Assembly (NCBI GenBank): GCA_963749495.1
Contig: CAVVMW010000015.1
Coordinates: 352,001-416,000, forward strand
Source of the DNA: an uncultured bacterium
GTDB lineage: Bacteria > Verrucomicrobiota > Verrucomicrobiia > Limisphaerales > UBA8199
Direction: 5' to 3'
DNA length: 64,000 bases
Shown: positions 1 to 7,906 of the stretch, piece by piece
How positions within the stretch are numbered: the first letter of the stretch is position 1
How the letters are laid out: each line of letters starts with the position of its first letter
Program-made: the position numbers and the translations under genes
Notes under the pieces: generated by a model
Told to the model about the DNA's origin: nothing
What the model saw: only the letters and a program-made list of their open reading frames with translations
Databases searched by the model: none

Positions 1-355
1 TGGGCCTTTCGGGCCAACCGTGTCCGCGGCGGCAACGTGGCATGCCGCCGCAGCAGGCGAGGCCTCAGATGCAAATCCAGGAACGGCGCAGCAACCGGTC
101 CGGAGCGTCGCCAAGGCCGTGTCGCTGGCTAGGCCGGGTGACGTGATCGTGCTCGCTCCTGTATGAAAACCCAGTGGACTTCTGGAACGGCCAGCGCCCG
201 CACCTGTCCAAGACCGAGAAGTACAGACCTGGGCGCCCATCAATTCGGCACCACCGGCGCGGCGCACATCGGCCTGTACAGGGCTGCGTTCCCGTTCGAG
301 GTCCCGCCGTTCAAGCTCCAGTTCAAGGCCAGGCCCAATTTGTCATCGTGAAAGC

Positions 356-814
356 ATGGACTGCGACGGCGATGGCAAGGCCGATGCGCGCTTCGATACC
401 CGTTGTCGGTTTGTCCTTCAATTGCGCAACGGAAAAATCCTGTCGGCCGAGGCGGATCGAAAGACCGCCCTGCGCATCGGAGGCGTGGTATTTCAACTCG
501 ACGCCTACGTACCCGCGATCATCTCCGGCGTGAGCGAAGCCGGCCTCTGGCAAACGGATGACCTGGGCGGATCCTGGCACGAGCTTGCTCCGGCGGACCG
601 GGAGCAAATCCACAATCGTCCCCACCAAATTGTATTTGATCCCGCCGACCCGCGCCGGTTCTGGACCAGCGGTTGTTACGATGCCAGCCCCTTCATGACT
701 GCAGATGGCGGCAAGACGTTTCAGCGGCTGGGCAACCTTACCCACATGGACGGCATCGGCATCGTGAAGAGCATCAAGGTGTCCGACGCCGTCCTGCGCT
801 GGGACGTGCACTGA
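356..814 (+). pseudogene. BNR/Asp-box repeat (sialidase/xyloglucanase-like) protein fragment
   Basis: Asp-box motifs 'GLWQTDDLGGSW' and 'TADGGKTF'; both ends look like unrelated fused fragments. Confidence 0.5.
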
Positions 815-870
815 CCGCTGGGCACACGAATTCGAAAAGCTCTTACCCCCGGATCCATGATGCGTATAAG

Positions 871-1413
871 ATGAAGATTCTAACACGGACCGTATTTCTC
901 CTCATGGTCCTGACCTCCCGCCCGGTCTCTGCTGAAATCATCCCAACCAACCGGATCTGCGATTGGACGCCCGGCGTGAACGTGGGCGTTCCGGGCGGGA
1001 TTCCCAGTCGCACAGTAATCGGCTCCACGGTCGATGCCTCTGTCTATGGAACAGGATCGGCAGACGCTTCCGCGGCACTCGGCGCCGCGATTGACGCCTG
1101 CCCCTCCGGTCGGGTTGTGCTAATCCCTGCCGGGACGTACCGGCTTGACAGCCGCGTTTACCGCGCCCATGCGAGCAACGTAACCATCCGGGGCGCGGGA
1201 ATGGGCGAAACGATCCTCAAAGTCCGATCGCGCAAGCCGGAGTGGTTCGGAAGCCTGCCGTGGCCGCCTTTTGATCCGGCGAATCCGCCGGGAGCGTTCG
1301 AGGATGCGAATGTGTGCAGAATTCCGGCAGGGTACAGGTATGTGCACGGGAAGGATCCGGCGGAGGCGATGAAGAAGCCGGTGACGAATCCAGAGAGACG
1401 GACAAACAGATGA
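871..1413 (+). pseudogene. Secreted pectate-lyase-like beta-helix protein, internally deleted
   Basis: Signal peptide and 'DWTPGVNVGVPGGIP...AAIDACPSGRVVLIPAGTY...TIRGAG' joined directly to a C-terminal-like 'KPEWFGSLPWPPFDP'; only about 180 aa. Confidence 0.55.
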
Positions 1414-1462
1414 GAATGAGAATCATTCCGCGTGTGCGATCGCCCAGCCTGGGGAAACCATC

Positions 1463-1840
1463 GTGCTGCGCGGCGGGGTGTATCGCGAGGTCCTGGCCCC
1501 GGCAAACGATGGCGTGACGGTCCGCGCCATGAAGACCGAGAAGGTGACAATTAGCGGGGCCGACCTCATCGAGGGTTGGAAACGTGAGGCGGATGGAAGT
1601 TGGTCGGCGCCCCTGGTCGCCGAGCCGAAGAAGGTCCTGCGCGATGGCCAGCCCTGGAGCCAGTTCAGGTATAACAGGACCGCCAGGCGAATCACGATGC
1701 AGACCGGCGGCGATCCTCGCCTGCACGCCTTCGAGAGCATCGTGCGGGAGCAGGGCCTCGTCCTCTCTGGCAGAAAGGACACGAAGATTGAAGGGATCAC
1801 CGTCGTTGACACGTTGAAGGCGGGTGCCGTGAATCCATGA
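1463..1840 (+). pseudogene. Beta-helix (DUF1565-like) protein fragment
   Basis: 'VLRGGVYRE...KVTISGAD' motif; start lost or frameshifted. Confidence 0.45.
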
Positions 1841-2122
1841 TGAGGAGATGAAGAAGCTGGTCGCCGAGCCGAAGATCATCCTCCTTGGCTATCGGCTGTT
1901 GCGTGTCCTGCAGCGCAAGGAGCGGAAGGAAGGGGGATCCCAACCGTGGAACTGGGCCAGGAGCCCGAGGGGCTATTCTTCGGGTCGTGGCTTCGCTTCT
2001 GAATACCCGACCGAGGCGGCGGCCAACATGGCGCGATTCCACTGAATGCGACGCTGGTCTTCGATGCGGGATTGTCGTCGATCACATGAGCGCGCCGTGA
2101 ACGGGTAGCCGGCACTTATCCC

Positions 2123-2920
2123 GTGCTGGAACTTGGCAAGGCCGGGGAGGATGATTCGGCTTCGGCCTCTTACGGGGTGACGTATTTCGATGGCCGGCAA
2201 TGGCACATGTTTTACATGGGCACGCCCCATGTCACTCTCGCCCCCGATTTCATCCCGGCGTTTCCTTACCTGACCATGAAGGCCTGCGGCCAGTCCCCAG
2301 AAGGCCCGTGGCAGAAACAACCGGCGGTGACGCCATTCCGCACCCGGCCCGGCACCTACTACTCCGCAACCGCCAGCCCCGGCCAGGTGATCCGGCAAGG
2401 CGGCGAATACCTGATGTTCTTCAGCGCCTCAACCGACCGCCCCATCAAACGCACCCTCAGCCTGGCCCGGACAAGAGACTTGAACGGCTCATGGACCATC
2501 GCTCCCGAGCCAATCGTACCGACGGATGAGCAGGTGGAGAACTCCTCCGTTTTCTACGACGACGAGAGCAAAACCTGGTTCCTGTTCACCAACCACGTGG
2601 GAATGGAGGATGGCTTGGAGTACACCGACGCCATCTGGGTTTATTGGAGCCGGGACCTCACCCGCTGGAATCGCGACCACAAGGCCGTGGTGCTAGACCG
2701 GACCAACTGCAAATGGTCGAAGCACATCGTTGGCCTCCCTTCGGTCGTCAGAGCCGGCAGACGGTTGGCGATTTTCTACGACGGGAACGGTTCGGCGAAA
2801 ATGCCGGGCGGTGTGAAGAGCCACATGGATCGCGACGTTGGCCTGGCGTGGCTGGACCTGCCGCTCATCCCACCGGCGGACCGGGCGGACGAGCCGCGGC
2901 CTCTCCCGCCATCACCGTGG
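2123..2920 (+). CDS. Five-bladed beta-propeller glycoside hydrolase (GH32/GH43/GH130-like), probably partial
   Basis: 'WHMFYMG', 'YLMFFSA', 'VENSSVFYD...WFLFTNH', 'DRDVGLAWL'. Confidence 0.6.
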
Positions 2921-2949
2921 CCAGCTACTACTTCGGCAACTACCATCCC

Positions 2950-4347
2950 TCGTTCGATTCGGCGATCGGGTTTGAACTGGGTACGGGCGACACGCCCGGG
3001 ATGACCCAGGTCCTGGCTCCGCTTGACCGGATCGGCCCGCGGGACTGGCACGAGGTCATCTGCCGCTATGACGGGACCCGGCTCCAGATGTTCGTGGATG
3101 GCGTGCTGATGAGCGAGGCCTTCCCGGCAGGCCCGTTGCGGGAAGGCAACACCGAGCCGTGCCTCATCGGGGCCGAATCCATCGGCGGCCGCATCAACTC
3201 GGCCTGGAAGGGGCTGATCGATCATGTCGCTCTCTGGAACCGGGCGTTGTCCGATGCCCAAATCGAAAGGCTCAGCGGCGGGGCGGCGCGGATCGCCGCG
3301 CTCGAGGCTGCCTACTGGGGAGAGGCCCCGGTATTGCCGCCGGCGGCAGACCTCTACCGGGAAAAGTGCCGCCCCCAGTTCCACTTCACCGCCCGCCAGT
3401 GGACGCTGCGCAAGCTGAACCCAGGCGCACGCGAGGAAGGCTGGCTCAACGACCCCAACGGGCTCATCTACCTGGATGGCGAGTACCACCTTTTCGCGCA
3501 GCGTTGGAACAAGTGCTGGATCCACGCCGTCAGCACCAACCTGGTCCATTGGACCGAGTTGCGGCCCGCTTTCCGGGAAGACCACCGGTTCGGCGGCGGC
3601 GTCCAATCCGGGGGCTCGGTCCTGGACCGGCAGAACAGCTGGGCCTCTCACCGGACCCAAAGACACCGCCGCTGGTGGCCTTCTGGAGTGGCAACGACAA
3701 CCGCAGCACCTGCATCTCCTACAGCCTGGACAAGGGGCGGACCTGGACCAAGTACGACAAGAACCCGGTCCTGGGGTGACATTGCCGGGCAGTCAGGCCG
3801 GCGCATCCAGATCGCCTGGATGCGCGACGGCAAGTACCCCGACATGCCCTTCAACCAGCAGATGACCTTCCCCTGCAACCTGACGCTGCGCACGCTGGGT
3901 GGTTCCCTGCACCTGTTCCGCAAGCCGGCGACCGAAATCGAGTTGCTCCATCGTCGGCAGCAGGTGTGGAAGGACCTCTCGCTGGCACCCGGCGAGACGC
4001 GGCCCTTGGAGGCGGCCGGTGACCTGCTCCACATCCTGGCCGACGTGGAGGTGCCCCGGGGAACCGCGCTGCATTTCCACATTCGGGGCACGACCGTGAC
4101 CGTGAGGGACAAGTCAGTGGCCTGTAATTCCAAGCCTGCCCCGGTGGCGAGCGGGGTGAGAACCGTGGAGATTCTCGTGGGCCGGACTTCGATCGAGACG
4201 TTCGCCAACGACGGCGAGACGTCCCTATCGGCGTGTTTCCTGCCGACGGACGATCGGCTGGTGGTAGAATGCGCCCAAGGTCCTGCGGCCATCCGCGCGC
4301 TGCGAGTGTTCGAGCTCAAGTCCATTTGGAAGCGCACCGGCCAGTGA
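2950..4347 (+). pseudogene. LamG + GH32 (levanase/fructosidase) gene, frameshifted and internally deleted
   Basis: LamG '[10 protein letters not shown]...FVDG...[12 protein letters not shown]'; GH32 'RPQFHFT...WLNDPNGL'; frameshift near 3640 (continues 'PPLVAFWSG...[11 protein letters not shown]'); C-terminal 'RRIQIAWM...SIETFANDG'. Confidence 0.75.
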
Positions 4348-4392
4348 GGCTTCCATCAACTCATCCAGATATTTGAATTTAAGATATACTCA

Positions 4393-4440
4393 CCCCTAAA
4401 AATATAAGTGGACAAGATTAGGGGACTTGTGATAAGTATG
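4393..4440 (+). promoter_or_regulatory. AT-rich putative promoter with inverted repeat upstream of the leader ORF and tRNA array
   Basis: CCCCTAA (4393-4399)/TTAGGGG (4418-4424) flank a -35-like TGGACA (4409-4414); the -10 element is weak. Confidence 0.35.
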
Positions 4441-4451
4441 AGGCAAGTTCG

Positions 4452-4622
4452 ATGAAAACCTGCATGAACACATTAATCTCGATTCGGCCGATGACGCCGG
4501 TCGCGCAAGCGACACGTCATAGCTGGTCCAGCCGAGGCACTATGTTCAGCCTCGGCCTATCCAGGGCGTATCGTGGGCAGAAGCCCGAAGCCAACCCGGA
4601 TAGATTCAAGGTGAGCAGGTAA
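4452..4622 (+). CDS. Putative 56-aa leader peptide (MKTCMNTLISIRPMTPVAQATRHSWSSRGTMFSLGLSRAYRGQKPEANPDRFKVSR)
   Basis: ATG 4452 to TAA 4620-4622; the last codons are the 5' strand of an antiterminator that pairs with the terminator arm. Confidence 0.6.
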   Translation: MKTCMNTLISIRPMTPVAQATRHSWSSRGTMFSLGLSRAYRGQKPEANPDRFKVSR

Positions 4623-4644
4623 CCGAACATCATAGGATTTTCAG

Positions 4645-4681
4645 ACCCTGCTTACCGAAATGGAAGCAGGGTTTTTTGTTT
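4645..4681 (+). terminator. Rho-independent terminator (attenuator)
   Basis: ACCCTGCTT-A-CC gaaat GG-AAGCAGGGT followed by TTTTTGTTT. Confidence 0.85.
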
Positions 4682-4781
4682 ACCCGTGCAGCACTGAAAA
4701 GAAGCACCACTCGACAACGAAAGGCAGCGCACTGTGAGAAGAATGAAACCGACGTCTTGATGATGTCACCGGGCACACTTA

Positions 4782-4882
4782 AATGCGGAATTCGGAATGC
4801 GGAGTGCGGAATGAAGCCCAGAATGGGGCCGCCGCTGCCGTTCGCGCGCCACTCTGCACTCCGCACTCCGAACTCCGCACTC
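4782..4882. repeat. Inverted arrays of heptamer repeats (A[AG]TGCGG)n...(CCGCA[CT]T)n
   Basis: 4782-4813 versus 4850-4882; same family at 6852-6883, 7729-7828 and 8351-8383. Confidence 0.85.
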
Positions 4883-5013
4883 AGATGGGCCGGATTTTAC
4901 AATCTAAGGGCTTTCCAGGAGGTGTGCCCCCAAACACCGAAAGAACCACCGTGAAACCGTGGGTTGGTATCGCAAGATAGCAAGAGGTGTTTGTTCTTTG
5001 TTCGCCATTTCAC

Positions 5014-5086
5014 TGCGGGGAGAATGAGATTCAGGCGAGGCCCATAACCTCAGCTTCCGTGGGCGCGACTCCCACCCCCGCTACCA
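5014..5086 (+). tRNA. tRNA-Met(CAT), initiator-like (1:72 mismatch), non-canonical
   Basis: Acceptor tGCGGGG/CCCCGCt-A-CCA; anticodon gagg-CCCATAA-cctc; T arm gtggg-CGCGACT-cccac. Confidence 0.75.
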
Positions 5087-5149
5087 GCCTTCGCTCGAAG
5101 CCGGTCTGAGAGTGAGGCTGCCGCGCCGTAGCGAAGCGAAGGCGGGCCG

Positions 5150-5865
5150 TACCTTCGCTTCGACCTGGAACATCCGTGGGAAGGCGACGTGGGCGAGGTT
5201 CTCGCCGCAGCGGAGCTTGAATCCACGGAGTTCGACGAAGCGCTGGGGACCATCGGCGGCGGCAATCACTTCGCTGAATTGCAGCAGGTTGAGGTGGTCC
5301 TGGACGCCGCAACATTCAGGCGATTGGGCCTGGGCAAACAGCAACTGGTGGTCCTGGTCCACAGCGGTTCGCGCGGTCTGGGCGAATCGGTCCTGCGCGC
5401 ACACGCGGAAGAGCACCAGGCCCAAGGCTCCGATGCCGAGTCGTTTGCGGCTGCGGCATATCTGCGAGACCATGACCTGGCCCTGCGGTGGGCCAAGGCC
5501 AATCGGGCACTCATCGCGCGACGATTCGTCGAGGCGCTGGGAGCTGAGGCCGAGTGCCTCTGGGACGGCTGCCACAACAGCATCACTCGCGTCCCCTCAC
5601 CCGGCCTTGCGGCCACCCTCTCCCCATCCGATGGGGAGAGGGACGGGGTGAGGGGCAGCCCTGGCGAGACGGTCTGGGTGCATCGCAGGGGTGCCGTGGC
5701 AGCCGAAGGTGAGCCGGTGATGATCCCAGGTTCCCGCGGAGCGCTCAGCTACCTGGTGAAGCCAATCGGGGATGGCACGAGCCATGCCTGGTCGTTGGCC
5801 CACGGTGCCGGCCGCAAATCGGGCTCGGAGCGAGACCCGCCTGCGCATGCGCGAGCGCTTTGGCC
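5150..5865 (+). pseudogene. rtcB: RtcB-family RNA ligase (RtcB2/PrfH-associated type) remnant
   Basis: 'LGTIGGGNHFAELQ', 'LVHSGSRGLG', 'GCHNSI', 'WVHRRGA', 'IPGSRG', 'SLAHGAGRK'; N-terminus missing, frameshift near 5820 ('RSETRLRMRERF' in another frame), C-terminus lost. Confidence 0.85.
5593..5655. repeat. Palindromic CCCTCACCC/CCCTCTCCC element inserted in frame in rtcB
   Basis: 63 nt (21 codons); related copy at 45061-45236. Confidence 0.8.
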
Positions 5866-5896
5866 CGTCCTCCGTAGCAGCACTGCGGAGGGTGGA

Positions 5897-5952
5897 CAGC
5901 ATCTCCGCCTGTGAAGCGGACGGTCCGGGTGCGAATCCCGGCTTCCTGACCA
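5897..5952 (+). tRNA. tRNA-His(GTG), 5'-truncated pseudo-tRNA
   Basis: tccgc-CTGTGAA-gcgga; T arm ccggg-TGCGAAT-cccgg; ends ACCA; no matching 5' acceptor strand. Confidence 0.65.
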
Positions 5953-6043
5953 ATTTCGATGGGCCGAAGTCCGCAGATTATCCTCCACCAGGAAGGCAAC
6001 ACCGCGGGCGGGTGGGCAACCACCCGCCCGCTCAGTTCAAAAT

Positions 6044-6117
6044 GTCCCGTTGGCCGAGCAGCCAGGCAGCGGTCTGCAAAACCGCGCAGGTGAGTGCGAC
6101 CCTCACACGGGACTCCA
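6044..6117 (+). tRNA. tRNA-Cys(GCA)
   Basis: GTCCCGT/ACGGGAC-T-CCA; gcggt-CTGCAAA-accgc; T loop TGCGACC; U73. Confidence 0.9.
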
Positions 6118-6162
6118 GCCTTCGCTCTTCGAGCTGCGGCTCGGCGGGCGATTTCATTTTCT

Positions 6163-6237
6163 CGAGCATAGGTGTTGAGAGATACACGCCTGCCTTCCGA
6201 GCAGGGGTACACGGCGCGATACCGTGATGCTCGACCA
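6163..6237 (+). tRNA. tRNA-Gly(TCC)
   Basis: CGAGCAT/ATGCTCG-A-CCA; cctgc-CTTCCGA-gcagg; T loop CGCGATA; discriminator A is atypical for Gly. Confidence 0.8.
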
Positions 6238-6245
6238 TTCCCTTT

Positions 6246-6326
6246 TCCCCAGTTGAACCTGGTTTGCCGGCAGAGACCTCGCACGGTCGAAGTAATGGCC
6301 GGATGCCGGGTTCAGTGCGTTGGGGA
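6246..6326 (+). ncRNA. Unidentified long stem-loop RNA within the tRNA array
   Basis: Stacked stems TCCCCA/TGGGGA, TTGAACCTGGT/GCCGGGTTCAG, CCGGC/GCCGG and GACC/GGTC. Confidence 0.45.
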
Positions 6327-6332
6327 GCTTTC

Positions 6333-6407
6333 CAGAGCGTAGCCTAAAAGTGAGGCGCCTGCTTCGGGCGCAGGACCAAGAGGGAGCGTTACCCTCCGCT
6401 CTGACCA
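6333..6407 (+). tRNA. tRNA-Pro(CGG)
   Basis: CAGAGCG/CGCTCTG-A-CCA (C1-G72, A73); cctgc-TTCGGGC-gcagg; T loop AGCGTTA. Confidence 0.88.
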
Positions 6408-6446
6408 GCCTTCGCTCTCCGAGCTTCGGCTCGGCGGGCCACTTCA

Positions 6447-6522
6447 CGCGACGCGAACACCGGTGCCGGCGAGGACCCTCACAGGCCTGGCTGCGGCGGT
6501 TCAACTCCGCCTTCGTGTCGCG
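6447..6522 (+). ncRNA. tRNA-like element with 11-bp terminal stem and no CCA
   Basis: CGCGACGCGAA/TTCGTGTCGCG; T arm ggcgg-TTCAACT-ccgcc; imperfect aggac-CCTCACA-ggcct arm. Confidence 0.5.
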
Positions 6523-6525
6523 GCC

Positions 6526-6599
6526 GGGTTGCAAGCATTGCAGCGATGCAGCGGTCTCTTAAACCGCAGAGCACGGGGCAGCACCGTGGCGACCCACCA
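6526..6599 (+). tRNA. tRNA-Lys(CTT)
   Basis: GGGTTGC/GCGACCC-A-CCA; gcggt-CTCTTAA-accgc; T loop GGCAGCA. Confidence 0.88.
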
Positions 6600-6707
6600 G
6601 CCTTCGCCACCTGCACTGCGGGTGGCGAGGGCTGCCGCGCCGTAGCACGTCAGTGCGTAGGCGGGCATTTCACCTGCTGGCGGCTTCGGCTTGGAAGGCC
6701 ATTTCCT

Positions 6708-6802
6708 GCCGGCGTGGCTCAGCAGCGACAGCAGTCCCGCAGTGCGGGATAAACTGCCGGGCAGTCTGCCCCACGGGGGTGCGAGTCCCCCCGCCGGCCC
6801 CA
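6708..6802 (+). tRNA. Atypical tRNA-Thr-like gene (apparent anticodon AGT, long variable region); possibly pseudo
   Basis: GCCGGCG/CGCCGGC-C-CCA; gtccc-GCAGTGC-gggat at the canonical position; T arm ggggg-TGCGAGT-ccccc. Confidence 0.6.
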
Positions 6803-6888
6803 TTTCTCAAATGAATGATTTAAAATGGGGGACGAAGAACGGAAGGGCGTCATTCTGCACTCTACATTCCGCACTCTGCATTTAGAAG

Positions 6889-6965
6889 GCTCCCGCAGCT
6901 CAAAATATCAGAGCGGGCGGCTTCGAACCGCCAGGCTGCAGGTGGGATTCCTGCCGGGAGTGCCA
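6889..6965 (+). tRNA. tRNA-Arg(TCG)
   Basis: GCTCCCG/CGGGAGT-G-CCA; ggcgg-CTTCGAA-ccgcc; T loop TGGGATT. Confidence 0.88.
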
Positions 6966-6974
6966 TTTCCGATA

Positions 6975-7058
6975 GGGCATGTGGTTCAACCCGAATAGAA
7001 GAGGGTCCAGATTCAGAATCTGGCAGCCTTGGGGGTGCAAGTCCCTCCATGCCCACCA
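6975..7058 (+). tRNA. tRNA-Leu(CAG), non-canonical architecture
   Basis: GGGCATG/CATGCCC-A-CCA; ccaga-TTCAGAA-tctgg; short variable loop; T loop TGCAAGT. Confidence 0.8.
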
Positions 7059-7169
7059 GTCTTCGCCCGTTGTGCCGCGGCGGGCGAAGACTGCCGCGCC
7101 GTAGCGCGGAGCGCGAAGGCGGGCGATTACCCTCCGAGACCCGGGCTACGACTTGGCAGGCGATTTTCA

Positions 7170-7254
7170 CGGCGCCTCGCCGCAGAGGGAATAGCAGACC
7201 CCAGCGACTTAAGATCGCTGAGCCTTCCGGGTGCTAGTCCCGGGGCGCCGACCA
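7170..7254 (+). tRNA. tRNA-Leu(TAA), non-canonical architecture
   Basis: CGGCGCC/GGCGCCG-A-CCA; agcga-CTTAAGA-tcgct; T loop TGCTAGT. Confidence 0.8.
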
Positions 7255-7285
7255 ACCTTCCTGTCCGAGCTATGGCTCGGCGAGG

Positions 7286-7369
7286 CGGCGTGTGGTTCAC
7301 CGGGAATAGCAGACCGGTTCGGCTCAAACCCGAACAGCCTTGGGAGTGCGAGTCTCCCCACGCCGACCA
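7286..7369 (+). tRNA. tRNA-Leu(CAA), non-canonical architecture
   Basis: CGGCGTG/CACGCCG-A-CCA; ttcgg-CTCAAAC-ccgaa; T loop TGCGAGT. Confidence 0.8.
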
Positions 7370-7407
7370 GCCTTCGCGCTACGCGCTACGGCTCGGCAGA
7401 CCATTTT

Positions 7408-7479
7408 GCCTCCTTGCGGCAGCCCGCAGGCTCGTTTTGTAAGCAAGCCAGGCCGGGGTAGCACCGGCAGGAGGCCCCA
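7408..7479 (+). tRNA. tRNA-Thr(TGT)
   Basis: GCCTCCT/AGGAGGC-C-CCA; ctcgt-TTTGTAA-gcaag (one mismatch); T loop GGTAGCA. Confidence 0.78.
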
Positions 7480-7488
7480 GATCTTTCA

Positions 7489-7564
7489 GCTCGCGTGGTC
7501 CAACAGAAGAGACACGACGTTGAGAGCGTCGGCAGTGCAGGTGCGAATCCTGCCGCGAGCACCA
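7489..7564 (+). tRNA. tRNA-Leu(GAG) with short variable loop
   Basis: GCTCGCG/CGCGAGC-A-CCA; cgacg-TTGAGAG-cgtcg; T loop TGCGAAT. Confidence 0.82.
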
Positions 7565-7568
7565 TTTC

Positions 7569-7642
7569 GGCCTGCAAGCATTAAAGTGATGCAACCGACT
7601 TTTAATCGGTTGAACAGGGAGCGTTACCCTGGCGGGCCACCA
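7569..7642 (+). tRNA. tRNA-Lys(TTT)
   Basis: GGCCTGC/GCGGGCC-A-CCA; accga-CTTTTAA-tcggt; T loop AGCGTTA. Confidence 0.88.
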
Positions 7643-7649
7643 CTTTCGT

Positions 7650-7723
7650 TGCCGGGTCGTCTAACAGCAGGACACCGCCCTTTGAAGGCGGCCATGGTGG
7701 TGCGAGTCCATCCCCGGCAGCCA
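7650..7723 (+). tRNA. tRNA-Gln(TTG)
   Basis: TGCCGGG/CCCGGCA-G-CCA (U1-A72, G73); ccgcc-CTTTGAA-ggcgg; T loop TGCGAGT. Confidence 0.9.
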
Positions 7724-7832
7724 TTCTCAGTGCGGAGTGCAGAGTGGGGAGTGCGGAATGGAGACGTGCGCGCGAGTGGTTCTCGGTTCCTCGGGCACTC
7801 CGCACTCCGCATTCTGCATTCCGCATTCAGAA

Positions 7833-7906
7833 CGCTCGGTGCTGAAACAGGATCACATCTGGCTTACACCCAGAAATCGGAGAGGCAGCACCTCCCCGAG
7901 CGACCA
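7833..7906 (+). tRNA. tRNA-Val(TAC)
   Basis: CGCTCGG/CCGAGCG-A-CCA; tctgg-CTTACAC-ccaga; T loop GGCAGCA. Confidence 0.82.

Noticed and set aside
4348..4450. Sigma54 (RtcR-type) promoter for rtcB
   Set aside because: No TGGCAC-N5-TTGC motif seen and no rtcR in the window
6447..6522. tRNA-Sec call from the TCA loop
   Set aside because: No long variable arm, no extended D stem, no U33 and no sel genes nearby
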